This document shows, piece by piece, positions 8,555 through 17,696 of a stretch of 64,000 bases of DNA. Both the position numbers and the translations under genes were made by a program. The stretch's first letter is position 1, and every line of letters begins with the position of its first letter. The stretch comes from a virus: positions 1 to 64,000 of IMG/VR virus record IMGVR_UViG_3300049432_000151. The stretch is one strand, 5' to 3'. The notes beneath the pieces are model-generated. The model saw only the letters and a list, made by a program, of their open reading frames with translations, was not told where the DNA came from and searched no databases.

Positions 8555-8886
8555 GAGCGGAACTCCGTAGCGATCCACACGACCGCGTTGCGGCCGCGGC
8601 GCGTCTTTCGCTTCACACCGGCGTCACAGATCAGCGCGAGATCGACGAGCTCAGTGACGCGCCCGTTCGCAGTGGGCGAGCAGCCGAGGATCGCGACGCA
8701 CTCGTCCCAAGTTCGGCCGCCGTGCTTCGCCTTGCGGATGCACAGATAGACCTCGGTCCGCTGTTCCGAGGCGTGGTCAGCGATCGCCTGTGCAGCTTCG
8801 CGGGACGTTGACGATCCTGGCTGGTACGGCGCACCGACGTCGCCGGCGTTGCCGTAGCGGCGCTGCAGCTTGAGCTGCTCCGTCAC
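8551..8886 (-). CDS. Winged-helix DNA-binding phage protein
   Basis: TSREAA...GRTWDEC...GRVTEL..LALI.D.G.KRKTRRGRNAVVW. Confidence 0.7.
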   Translation of the reverse strand: MTEQLKLQRRYGNAGDVGAPYQPGSSTSREAAQAIADHASEQRTEVYLCIRKAKHGGRTWDECVAILGCSPTANGRVTELVDLALICDAGVKRKTRRGRNAVVWIATEFRS

Positions 8887-9188
8887 GACCGGACCTCCGG
8901 CTCAGCAGGATCACTGAACGCGACCGCGTGCGCATTGCCTGTAGAACGGCCGTCCAGCTTCGCGCCCGAACTTTCAGGATGTGGTTCACCGTCATGACGG
9001 GCAAGGAACCGAGATACCTCGCGGTCCTTCTTCCGGCCGAGTTTTAGGAAGCCGTGTCCGTCGCCGTTCACGCAGTCACGGAGGGAAGACGAGAAGATCA
9101 TCATCCTGCCGTGAGTGTTCTTTCTACGTGCGCGTTCTGCCTTCCCCGGCCGTCGCGCCGATCGACGTTTGTCGCTCGGTCTGCCCAT
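8883..9188 (-). CDS. Basic hypothetical protein
   Basis: GGAGG upstream of ATG 9188; GTGA overlap with the next gene. Confidence 0.45.
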   Translation of the reverse strand: MGRPSDKRRSARRPGKAERARRKNTHGRMMIFSSSLRDCVNGDGHGFLKLGRKKDREVSRFLARHDGEPHPESSGAKLDGRSTGNAHAVAFSDPAEPEVRS

Positions 9189-9346
9189 GTTCGGTTCTGC
9201 CTCCCTACTCGGTACGGTTGCGATCACGTTCAGTGGTCCTGCTTTCATTCGCTCTACCGGCTGCCGCGCATGTGTTGGAGAAGTACACGCGACAGTCGGC
9301 ACAACGCGCTCCGGCTCGGCTGGACCGGAGCGTTTCCTCAGTTGGC

Positions 9347-9865
9347 CTACGCGTACCTCCGCGTGCGCTGCTGTTGCTCACGACCTTCGAGGCGGAGACG
9401 CTCGAGCACGTACACGGCATCGGTGATCTCTTCGCGACTGAGTTCGCGCGCCTCGTGGCCATTGCGCGTGCGCAGTTCCGCGGTCAATGCGACTTCGAAG
9501 ACGATGTTCCCGTGGCGCGGACCCATGCCGTAGGCCGTGTCGCCTACGAACTGACCCGACCACCGGTCGTAGTCTTTGGTGGCGAAGAACGAGTGGCGCA
9601 GAACGACGGCGCCGGCGAGAAGGTCAGAGACCGCTGCATCGACGACACGTTCCCACTCGCCGTACAGTCGCTCGCGGCCGCGGACAACGATCACCTGCTC
9701 TCCGCGCTGGATCCGTTCGGGATCCGCGACAGCGACGATCTTGCGCACCATCTCCTGCGCCTGCTCAGCGTCACGCTTCGCCGCCTGCATTTCCTCTTCG
9801 TGCCGCTTCTGCATCTGAGTGATGGCGCCGAGCAGTTCGTTGCGACGCTGAACCGGAATGATCAT
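9347..9865 (-). CDS. Hypothetical protein
   Basis: ATGA-coupled to the nuclease gene. Confidence 0.6.
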   Translation of the reverse strand: MIIPVQRRNELLGAITQMQKRHEEEMQAAKRDAEQAQEMVRKIVAVADPERIQRGEQVIVVRGRERLYGEWERVVDAAVSDLLAGAVVLRHSFFATKDYDRWSGQFVGDTAYGMGPRHGNIVFEVALTAELRTRNGHEARELSREEITDAVYVLERLRLEGREQQQRTRRYA

Positions 9866-11247
9866 GAGAGCTCCTGAATGGTCGCGAGATCGATCTCGAT
9901 CGGACTGTCGCGCAGCGGCGGCCGACCATCGAAGAGATCCGCCACGTCACCGGCCGACGGTTCGTCGGGGCAGTTCGCGAGATCCCACGCGAGCTCGGCC
10001 ACCGTTCGATCCTTCATGCCGGTCTTGCCAGGCTTCTTCGTCGGGATCCCGCGCGCCTCAGCCAACGCGAGCAGGACTTCTTTCGGCTGGTGAACGTTGA
10101 ACCGGACCTCGATGTCTTTGTCGTAGGCGCGCTGCAGGAGGCGTTCGAAGATGTCCTTGTCGAGAATGCGCTTGGCATCAGTAGCGGACAGCTTCATGAC
10201 TGCCCACGGGTTCTCAACGCCGACGTCGAGCAGCTCCTCCCACACACGCTTCATGTCCGGTACTTCGGATTCGCCCTGCTCGAACGTAGGGCGCAGCGGG
10301 CCGAGCCCGCCGGTGTAGCCGTACTCCGCGACGTGCTCTTTCAACCGCGCTCGCCGCTCGTCCTGGAGAACTCGGTCAAGGAGGAACCGACGCATAAGTG
10401 AGGCTGGATCGGCGTCGGCGCGTTCGTTGATGATCGGGCACGCGGTCTCGCGGAATGAGCAGTTGGCGCAGTGATCGCCCGGCGTCGCGATGAAGTCCTG
10501 AGTCGCCTCGATGTACCGGGACTTCGCGAGCTGCAGCTCCTGAGTCTCGAGGCACTCGTCTTTGGTGAACGTCAGCGACCGGACGAGCGGGTTGCCGTAG
10601 GCGACGTACCGCATGAAGACGAAATCGACGCGGATGATCTCCGCCGGATAGATACCCCGCCACGCAGCCCACGCGTACTTCCGTGCCTGCTGATAGAAGC
10701 GAGACGACGGCTCGGCGATCGCGCTCTTCGACGGCGCGAAGATGTCGGACTTGTAGTCCTGAACGACCAGCGTGTGATCTTCGAGGTACAGCAGCGCGTG
10801 ATCGAGCTTGCAGCGCCAGAAGACGTTGCCTTTCGCTTCGACCGGAGTGCGCATCACGTCGTAGTCGATGGCGTCCGGCCATTCGACGACCTTCAGTTCG
10901 TCGTCAAACGCGATCCCGCCCTCGCGGGAGATCGAGTGCTCAACGTCGATCTCGTAGACGTTGAGAAAGCCGCGCACCACGAGCGCGAGCTCGTCGTAGT
11001 ACCTGAGCGACAGCGCGGTGCTGCGCACCGCCTGATCAATGAACTGTCCGATCACTGTGATGTCCGATCGACGCTCGTGATTCACGCAGTGATCGACGTA
11101 CAGCTCCATCACCACGTGTGCAGCGCGGCCGAAGAGGTAGTTTTGCGGCTCCGTTCCGCGCGGCGCGCCGTTCTGCCACAGGTAAAACTGCGCCGGGCAG
11201 CTGTCAAAGTACTTCTCGGCCGAGGTGCTGTGTAGGAAGCGGCTCAT
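9862..11247 (-). CDS. PD-(D/E)XK exonuclease (AddB/Cas4-like, probable Fe-S)
   Basis: SCPAQF, FGRAAH, KLD...QDYKS, QARKY, HCANCSFRETCP. Confidence 0.88.
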   Translation of the reverse strand: MSRFLHSTSAEKYFDSCPAQFYLWQNGAPRGTEPQNYLFGRAAHVVMELYVDHCVNHERRSDITVIGQFIDQAVRSTALSLRYYDELALVVRGFLNVYEIDVEHSISREGGIAFDDELKVVEWPDAIDYDVMRTPVEAKGNVFWRCKLDHALLYLEDHTLVVQDYKSDIFAPSKSAIAEPSSRFYQQARKYAWAAWRGIYPAEIIRVDFVFMRYVAYGNPLVRSLTFTKDECLETQELQLAKSRYIEATQDFIATPGDHCANCSFRETACPIINERADADPASLMRRFLLDRVLQDERRARLKEHVAEYGYTGGLGPLRPTFEQGESEVPDMKRVWEELLDVGVENPWAVMKLSATDAKRILDKDIFERLLQRAYDKDIEVRFNVHQPKEVLLALAEARGIPTKKPGKTGMKDRTVAELAWDLANCPDEPSAGDVADLFDGRPPLRDSPIEIDLATIQELS

Positions 11248-12236
11248 GATGCTTTCGCCTCCTTCTGTTTCCGGTCGGCGACGCGCTTGTTGATGCTGTC
11301 CAGCAGCACCTGCTCACGGCCCTTGTACGTGTGCAGCGCTGTCGCGCGATCGACGTCCTTCGTACCGAGCGCGTCGAAACCCAGCTTGATCTTCGCGAGG
11401 ACCTCCGGATCGGCTGGTTCCTCCTGGACTGAGTCCGCGACGATCTCTTCAGGCACATCGACGTCCGGCTCCTCGAGGTCGATGTCCGCCGGCGGCAGCG
11501 ACAGCTGGTTGCGGGAGACGAGCGTCCGGAACTCCTGCAGGTCGAGGTTCGGAGCGCGCAGGTGGAGGATGTAGTGAGTGGTCGTCTTACCTTCGAAGGT
11601 GATCGGCTCCGGCTCACGCGACAGCACGAGTGGGATCGAAGTCAGCTGACCGAACATCGTCATCATGTGATTGACCACGTCGAGGATGTTGCCAACGCCG
11701 TACTGCGAGCTGGTGTCGACCTGCCAGTAGCCGGAGACGGTGACGTTCGGAATGAAGATGCGCAGCCTGGCCTTCAGGCCGCACTTACCGGCGTTCCACT
11801 CGGCGCACTCCGCGACTTGGTTGCAATGACGTGTTTGCCAATCGCCCGTCTCGATGTTCAGACGCGTGGCTTCCACGCCGTCGCCCTGGCACATGAGCTT
11901 TGCGCCGTTCTTGCCCTGCGCCCACCACTCAATCGGATGCGGGATGACGAACGACTTGTCATCGTTCGGAAAGAAGACGTTGCTGAGAACGGTCGGCCGG
12001 TCGCCGTAGACGGCGGCGAACTTCTCGAGGATCTTCTTCCGCTCCTCAGGGTTGATGTGCGGGTCAGGGTCGCACCTGAAGTAGTCGATCTCCTTCGGGA
12101 ACTCGTTGCCACTGCGGGCAACGTCTTTGATTCCGAGCCGCAGCTTCCCGATGCGCGGCATCGAGACGCGCTTCGCGAACCCTTCGACGGATGAAAAGCG
12201 GCGGCGGGATACGCCGATCGGAGGACGCGCCGACAT
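11244..12236 (-). CDS. Gp3-like recombination directionality factor / annealing-module protein
   Basis: PRIGKLRLGIK...FPKEIDYFR, LMCQGDG, CGLKARLRIFIP, GYWQVDTSS. Confidence 0.72.
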   Translation of the reverse strand: MSARPPIGVSRRRFSSVEGFAKRVSMPRIGKLRLGIKDVARSGNEFPKEIDYFRCDPDPHINPEERKKILEKFAAVYGDRPTVLSNVFFPNDDKSFVIPHPIEWWAQGKNGAKLMCQGDGVEATRLNIETGDWQTRHCNQVAECAEWNAGKCGLKARLRIFIPNVTVSGYWQVDTSSQYGVGNILDVVNHMMTMFGQLTSIPLVLSREPEPITFEGKTTTHYILHLRAPNLDLQEFRTLVSRNQLSLPPADIDLEEPDVDVPEEIVADSVQEEPADPEVLAKIKLGFDALGTKDVDRATALHTYKGREQVLLDSINKRVADRKQKEAKAS

Positions 12237-13693
12237 CAGGCGACCTCCTGCTGTTCAACGATGGCCGTCGCGGTTTCGCTGAAGCGGATGATCTCGAGCG
12301 CTCCGCCATCGCGGTCCACTTCGGTCGCGAAGTAGGTGAAGCCGTCGCCGCGGATCTCCTCGAGGAAGATCGCGAAGGTGTTCGCGTCGAGGCGCTCGGC
12401 GCCGTCGAGGACAATGACGCGCAGCGCCGGCCGCAGGGCTCGCGCGATTGCGAGCGCAACCCGGATCTGCTGACTCTCAGCGACGTGCTGCAGTTCGTGT
12501 CCGTCGACGAGGATCCGGTCTCCGTCAATCGCTAGCGACCCCACGGGCAGCGCGGCCTTCGCGAGCAACTGCTGGCGCAACTCGCCGCTCACGACCTTGA
12601 CGGTCTGATCGAGGATGGACGCCTGGGCGGCTGCGTTCGCCGCGTCGCTCTCCATGCGCTCGACGTCCTCGAAGCGAGCGAGCACCTTCTCGTCAGACTG
12701 AATCGCCACGGAGAGTTCGTTCGCTCGGCGGATAGCGAGATTGACGTCCTCAACTTCCGCCGGCGTGGGAGGGGCGGACGTCGCGAGCGTGGCGAGCTCT
12801 GACTCGATCTCCGCTTGGCGTCTGACGGACTCGGCCTGCTGCTCATGCTTCCGTACGATGCGCCGTTTGATCTCCTCGATCTCGGCTTCGAGCGTGGCGA
12901 CGTCCTTCGCGATTCGGCTCTGCTCATCGCGCTCGCGCTGAACGTCCCGGCCAAGTCGCTCGACAGCTGCCGCGTGTTCTTTGGCCGCGAGCTGACGCGC
13001 CTCGACGCTCCCCTTCTTCTGCCGCGCCTCCGAGAGCGTCCGCGCGGCTTCCTCGCGCCGGGCGTCGGTGATCACCGGCTTCGCTGGCGGCAGCTGCTCT
13101 CGCGCTTCGGCCGCGGCCTTCTTCTTCTGGTCGGCGATCTTGTTCTGAGTCTTGCGCTCGTCGGCGTAGTAGTCGCGAAGCGTGTCGATGACGAGCAATC
13201 CGTGGCGGTCGAAGTCCACGCCGATCGGCGGCTCGAGCGCAGTTGCTGCGGTGAACCCCTCCTCCGTGAGCCGGACGTCGATCGCCTGGAGAAGGATTCG
13301 GACCTGTTCCTTCGCCGGCATCGCGAGCCAGGCGAGCGGATTGAAGTCGCGGTACTCGCCGAGGATCCGATCGATCTGCTCCTGCGGCTTCGGCACTTCA
13401 TGGCCGCGTTCATCGATCAGCTTGAAGTACTGGCCCTTCTCAGTGAACGAGCGGCGCAGAGTGAAGCCGTTGCTGAGCTCCAGTGACACGCTCGCCTTTG
13501 AGGCGCCGTCGTGAATCACGGACTTCGGGTTGTCCGTGCCCTTCACGCACAGCGACAGCAACTTCAGCGCAGTCGTCTTCCCTTGATTGTTCGCGCCGCG
13601 GTACAGGGTGAGCTTCGTTAGGTTGTCGAGAGAGAACTGGTCAAACTTCAGAATGTTCTCGGCCGAGATCTTAGTAACGGTGAGGCCGGTCAT
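12236..13693 (-). CDS. SMC/Rad50-like AAA ATPase
   Basis: Walker A GANNQGKTT, long coiled coil, degenerate signature AESQQ, Walker B IVLDGAERLD. Confidence 0.85.
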   Translation of the reverse strand: MTGLTVTKISAENILKFDQFSLDNLTKLTLYRGANNQGKTTALKLLSLCVKGTDNPKSVIHDGASKASVSLELSNGFTLRRSFTEKGQYFKLIDERGHEVPKPQEQIDRILGEYRDFNPLAWLAMPAKEQVRILLQAIDVRLTEEGFTAATALEPPIGVDFDRHGLLVIDTLRDYYADERKTQNKIADQKKKAAAEAREQLPPAKPVITDARREEAARTLSEARQKKGSVEARQLAAKEHAAAVERLGRDVQRERDEQSRIAKDVATLEAEIEEIKRRIVRKHEQQAESVRRQAEIESELATLATSAPPTPAEVEDVNLAIRRANELSVAIQSDEKVLARFEDVERMESDAANAAAQASILDQTVKVVSGELRQQLLAKAALPVGSLAIDGDRILVDGHELQHVAESQQIRVALAIARALRPALRVIVLDGAERLDANTFAIFLEEIRGDGFTYFATEVDRDGGALEIIRFSETATAIVEQQEVA

Positions 13694-14016
13694 CGGGAAA
13701 CTCCTCTCAACGCCTTCCGGCGGTTCTGCAGTTGATCAAGTGATTGGCGAAGCTCAGCACGTTGACGTTCGCGCTGTTCGTCGCGCTCGTGATCCCGCCG
13801 GTATGCAGCGAGTGCCTGCGTGTTCTCAGTCGTCTGCCGCTTCACGACCGGCTTCGTCGTGCGCCGTTGCTTCAGGCCGGTGAAGTCGATGACGATGCTT
13901 GCGAATAGCAACGCGGCAATGAAGGCGCAGAACAGATCGAGCGCCCGATTCGCCGGCGGAATGAGTGACACAGCGACAAGGCCGAGGCATGCGACGGCAC
14001 GCTGGCTGACCGTCAT
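13690..14016 (-). CDS. Small membrane protein with coiled-coil tail
   Basis: Two hydrophobic segments; translationally coupled. Confidence 0.55.
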   Translation of the reverse strand: MTVSQRAVACLGLVAVSLIPPANRALDLFCAFIAALLFASIVIDFTGLKQRRTTKPVVKRQTTENTQALAAYRRDHERDEQRERQRAELRQSLDQLQNRRKALRGVSR

Positions 14017-14375
14017 CGGCTCGCCTCCCACCTGCGGCGAATCTCAGCGGCGCGACGGCGGACGATCTCTCGCGCTTCTTTCGGCAGTTCGTATGTGTCG
14101 AACTTCCGGTGATGACCATCAGGTCCGCCGCACAGTGGCGCGCACCTGGAGTCGTCGTGTTTGATTTGCAGACCGCCGGTCGCTGTATGTGCAGCCTCGA
14201 CCTTCGAAGTCGAGCAGTTGCCGAAGCCTTTGCCTTTCAGTGCGCACGGATAGCCGCGGACCCACTTCCGATAGCCGGCGTCTCGGTTGAAGTGTCGCTT
14301 CGCAAATCGCAGCTTCGACGTGTCGACGTTAGCCGGTTCGCGGTCGTACTTCTTCGGCTTCGGGAGCGCCGTCAC
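14013..14375 (-). CDS. DUF968-like putative HNH nuclease
   Basis: YRKWVRGYPC, EAAH, KHDDSRCAPLC, HHRKFD. Confidence 0.72.
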   Translation of the reverse strand: MTALPKPKKYDREPANVDTSKLRFAKRHFNRDAGYRKWVRGYPCALKGKGFGNCSTSKVEAAHTATGGLQIKHDDSRCAPLCGGPDGHHRKFDTYELPKEAREIVRRRAAEIRRRWEASR

Positions 14376-14899
14376 GAGAGCCTCACCTCGTTGCCGCACT
14401 TGCACTCGCTGTTCAACGCGCTGCAGTTTTCACAGCGCAGGTTGATCGGCGCGCCCTGCATGTAGACGACGAGAGCAGCGGCCAGCATCAGCTCGTCCCC
14501 AGGCTCGATGTGCTCAAGAGCTGTAGCGAGCGGGATCAGCCGCTTGTACTCGACGCGACGCCACACAACGGGGCCGCAGTGACCACACGGCAGCGTGTAC
14601 GGCGTTGTCCGAGAGAGGACTTCGAAACCGGCGCTGCACCTTGGGCAGATGACCTTGAACGCGGTAGACGGTGCGAGGACGTTCTCCCGCTCAGCAAGCA
14701 CCGCCGCGAGCCGCGTGATGAACAGCTCGCTATCTTTTACGATCTGCCGCTTGAGCGCGAAGTTCTCATTCTCCGCAGCGCGAAGCGCCTGGCTTAGCTC
14801 CACCGCTTGCTCGCGATTGACGCCCGCCGCTGTGATCGCATGATCAGCGGTGAGCGTCGCTGTCTTGACTTCACTCGCTACGCTGTGGACACTGGACAT
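14372..14899 (-). CDS. Hypothetical zinc-finger protein
   Basis: CPRC...PCGHC and CENC...CKC. Confidence 0.55.
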   Translation of the reverse strand: MSSVHSVASEVKTATLTADHAITAAGVNREQAVELSQALRAAENENFALKRQIVKDSELFITRLAAVLAERENVLAPSTAFKVICPRCSAGFEVLSRTTPYTLPCGHCGPVVWRRVEYKRLIPLATALEHIEPGDELMLAAALVVYMQGAPINLRCENCSALNSECKCGNEVRLS

Positions 14900-14958
14900 G
14901 GACAGTTCTTCCTCTCTGCGGTCGTTCCGGGTACCAGCCGGACGGCCGCTTTTCCTTT

Positions 14959-15498
14959 TCAGGCCGTGGCTGCTCTCCGCGATTCGATGAAGCGCGGCGC
15001 GCGCTTCGGGCCGATGCGCAGGCGTGTCTGTTGATCCTCAGCGCGCGCGATGAAGGTCAGCAATGCGCAGCGCTCGCGTTCCACCACCCGGGCGACATCA
15101 GTCAGCTGAGCCTCGATGCGGATGGCATCGACGAGAGACATTTCGCCGTCGGCGACTAGCTGCCCGTGCTCGCCGAGGTACTCCCCTACTTCCTTCATCA
15201 GCACGCCGGCAGAAGTGAGCGAGGCCGGCTCACCGACCTCGTCGAAGCGCACGCCGGGCGTGTAGCCGAGCTCTTTCAGCAGGTACTGAACTTGGACTTC
15301 AGCGGTCCTCGCGCCTGCGGCACGGAGCGCACGCACGCCTTCGATGACGCGCTCGAGCGGCGAGTACTCGCCGTCGCCAGTCGGCTTCGGCTCGGCGCAG
15401 TACTTGTCCACAAGCGAGACGCTGACGCCCATTCCCGCGGCGACTGCCTTGCGATAGCCGGCGAACGCTTCGTGATTCGCTTCCCAGGGCATCGTCAC
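14959..15498 (-). CDS. CII-like phage regulatory protein
   Basis: KAVAAGMGVSVSLVDKY HTH, SPLERV, C-terminal ADGEMS helical domain; downstream of cro. Confidence 0.6.
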   Translation of the reverse strand: MTMPWEANHEAFAGYRKAVAAGMGVSVSLVDKYCAEPKPTGDGEYSPLERVIEGVRALRAAGARTAEVQVQYLLKELGYTPGVRFDEVGEPASLTSAGVLMKEVGEYLGEHGQLVADGEMSLVDAIRIEAQLTDVARVVERERCALLTFIARAEDQQTRLRIGPKRAPRFIESRRAATA

Positions 15499-15854
15499 GG
15501 GATCACCTCGGGGGTGGGTTCGGAGTCGCTCGATCCCTCCTCGTTGCGGGAGTCACGCGATGGCGATGACGCAGGAGCAAAAGAAGGAGATCCTGGAGAA
15601 GGCGGCGGAGTCCGCAAGCTTGGTTCAGGATCGGATTCTTGCGGCTGGCCTTCTCCTGGTCCTTGAAGAGCTGCGGCAGATTCGAGAGAAACTTCAGGGG
15701 AAGCGGACGATCTGACGCCGTACTTGATCGCCAGCGCGTCATAGACGCGGCGCCGGATCACATCACCCACAGGGTCGCCGTCCGCCAGCATCGACATGTT
15801 CGTGAGAGCGCCGAGGTCGGCGATCATTTCGTGGAGCGGGATGGCCGTCGTCAT
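15495..15854 (-). CDS. Hypothetical protein
   Basis: Coupled ORF with a low-complexity tail. Confidence 0.45.
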   Translation of the reverse strand: MTTAIPLHEMIADLGALTNMSMLADGDPVGDVIRRRVYDALAIKYGVRSSASPEVSLESAAALQGPGEGQPQESDPEPSLRTPPPSPGSPSFAPASSPSRDSRNEEGSSDSEPTPEVIP

Positions 15855-15857
15855 GAA

Positions 15858-16118
15858 CTACACCACCTCCGCCGCGAGGCGAAGTTCAGACACGCATCCG
15901 ACGAAGCCCGCGATCACATGGCGACCGCGGTTCTGAAGGTGTCGCGTGACGCGTGCAATCTCATCGGTTTCAAGTTGGTTCGCAGCGATGAACTCGCTCA
16001 GCGAACCGCGCCACACCTTGCGAGCGTCGTCTTCGCCGTCGAGATCGAAGAGGATGACGTCCGTCGATGCATCAACGACCGTGGCGGGCTCTGTTTTTCG
16101 TGCCGCTCTGCAGTTCAC
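15858..16118 (-). CDS. Hypothetical protein
   Basis: Coupled ORF. Confidence 0.5.
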   Translation of the reverse strand: MNCRAARKTEPATVVDASTDVILFDLDGEDDARKVWRGSLSEFIAANQLETDEIARVTRHLQNRGRHVIAGFVGCVSELRLAAEVV

Positions 16119-16360
16119 GCGACACCTCGCTGCGCGCGAAGCTGATGGAGTGAGAGAGGCTGAGAGACGAAGCGAGTCTCGCCGTCACATCCGATGAGCG
16201 TGACGACCGACCCAGCTCCAGAGCCCAGAGCGCTGTCGTACGCCGCGACCGCAGCGCACTGGTCGTCCTGGAACGCCACAACCGTGAACGCTCTGTCGGC
16301 GAACCGCGCCATCCGGAGAGGCAGCGGATTGAAGATCGTGACGTGGGCTTTCCGCTCCAT
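16115..16360 (-). CDS. Hypothetical protein
   Basis: Coupled ORF. Confidence 0.5.
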   Translation of the reverse strand: MERKAHVTIFNPLPLRMARFADRAFTVVAFQDDQCAAVAAYDSALGSGAGSVVTLIGCDGETRFVSQPLSLHQLRAQRGVA

Positions 16361-16626
16361 CAGACGGCCGCCTTTCGAAGCATTTCAGCGGGAGTGCGCG
16401 GGAAAATCCGACGGACGTAGCTCTCCGGCTGGTTCCACATTTCAGCCGTCACGGCGACTTCTTCCTCGCTCACGGGGGGCTGGTACCGGCGCGGTGCGAG
16501 GCGCTGGGAAAACTGGGCTGGCGTCAGCCCTAGCTTCTCAGCAATCTCGGATTTGAGCGGACGGGGTGTGTCGTCACTGTGTAGATAGAACCAGTGGTTC
16601 CAGTCCTTGGCGCGAGCTTGTCTCAT
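16360..16626 (-). CDS. Cro-like HTH regulator
   Basis: KSEIAEKLGLTPAQFSQRL HTH; divergent from the CI-like gene. Confidence 0.72.
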   Translation of the reverse strand: MRQARAKDWNHWFYLHSDDTPRPLKSEIAEKLGLTPAQFSQRLAPRRYQPPVSEEEVAVTAEMWNQPESYVRRIFPRTPAEMLRKAAV

Positions 16627-16699
16627 AAACGAGACTCAATTTAGGCAACGTGTCTCGTTTTGTCAATAGAAACTTCTTACGAAGTCTCGAATACGCGAC
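16620..16699. promoter_or_regulatory. Lysis/lysogeny switch: leftward sigma70 promoter and candidate operators
   Basis: Minus strand TTGACA(16666-16661)-N17-TAAATT(16643-16638); GTCTC-N6-GAGAC at 16620-16635, GTCTC-N6-GCGAC at 16684-16699, extra GTCTC half-site at 16652. Confidence 0.72.
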
Positions 16700-16715
16700 T
16701 ACCGTGCGGGAAGGA

Positions 16716-17696
16716 ATGCCGAAAAGATCGTCGGGAACGTCGCCGCGCGGCAGTGGCGGAGCCGTGGCTACGAGACAAATTGCGCTCCGGCAACTGGCTG
16801 CTAAGCTCGCAGCGCTGATCCCATCCGGCGCGGTCGACGCAGCCGCTCACGAAACAGGATTGAACCGGTCGACGATCTATAAATGGGCGCGTGGTCAACA
16901 GCAACCCGGCGCTATCGACTTGGCCGTGCTGGCGAACTACCTCGGAGTGATGGTCTCGGACCTTCTCGAAGACAAGCCGCTTCCTCGTGAGGCGACGCCG
17001 TACGAACGGAACGCAGCGTACAGACACCTCATTAACAGTCTCGAGCAAGTATCAGAAGCCGACCGCGAAGAAGTGATTCGGCAAGCCCTGTGGGTAGTGG
17101 CGCGGATCCGAGTTTCAGCTCTGCCGACCATCGTGCCGCTCGCCGAGAACGTGATCGCGTTCCCGACGCAACCGGACGATAGTGGCGATTTTCCCCCGCC
17201 GCCGATCGAGCCCTCCGATTTCATCGAGAAAGACACGGACTACCCGCGGCCGCTGCACACGTGGGTTCTGGAAGTGCCGGAGGTGGCTGCAGGCCCGCCG
17301 CGCCATGACGACGTTCTCCTCCCTACCTCGGAAGCTGAAGTGCTGAACACGTTTCGAGAAGCCGTTCCGAGCACAGCTCGCGAAGTCCGCGACGACCGCG
17401 TCCGCGTCATCAAGATCTACGGGAACTCAATGCATCCGGTGTTGCGCAACGGTTGGAAGGTTCGGATCGACCCCGCGCGATCGCTGTTCAGGCCCGGCAA
17501 AGCGATCGTTATGGTCTACATCAAGGACGAAGGATCGACGATCGGCCTCCTAGCCGAAGATGGCAAAGGAGGACTGAAGATCGTTAAGAGGAACCCCGAT
17601 TACGGTGGACCCGTGGAGATCCCGTTACGTGCCGGCGAGTGGTACCCGGTCGGCACGGTGACCACGATCGTCGAGGCGCCGGTGGACATCGAATGA
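16716..17696 (+). CDS. CI-like repressor (XRE HTH plus S24 peptidase-like domain)
   Basis: AAHETGLNRSTIYKWARG HTH, VAAG cleavage-type site, GNSMHP, NPDY. Confidence 0.85.
   Translation: MPKRSSGTSPRGSGGAVATRQIALRQLAAKLAALIPSGAVDAAAHETGLNRSTIYKWARGQQQPGAIDLAVLANYLGVMVSDLLEDKPLPREATPYERNAAYRHLINSLEQVSEADREEVIRQALWVVARIRVSALPTIVPLAENVIAFPTQPDDSGDFPPPPIEPSDFIEKDTDYPRPLHTWVLEVPEVAAGPPRHDDVLLPTSEAEVLNTFREAVPSTAREVRDDRVRVIKIYGNSMHPVLRNGWKVRIDPARSLFRPGKAIVMVYIKDEGSTIGLLAEDGKGGLKIVKRNPDYGGPVEIPLRAGEWYPVGTVTTIVEAPVDIE

Noticed and set aside
9862-11247. Cas4-like nuclease as evidence of CRISPR-Cas
   Set aside because: No cas1/cas2 or repeat-spacer array seen; the context is a phage recombination module.
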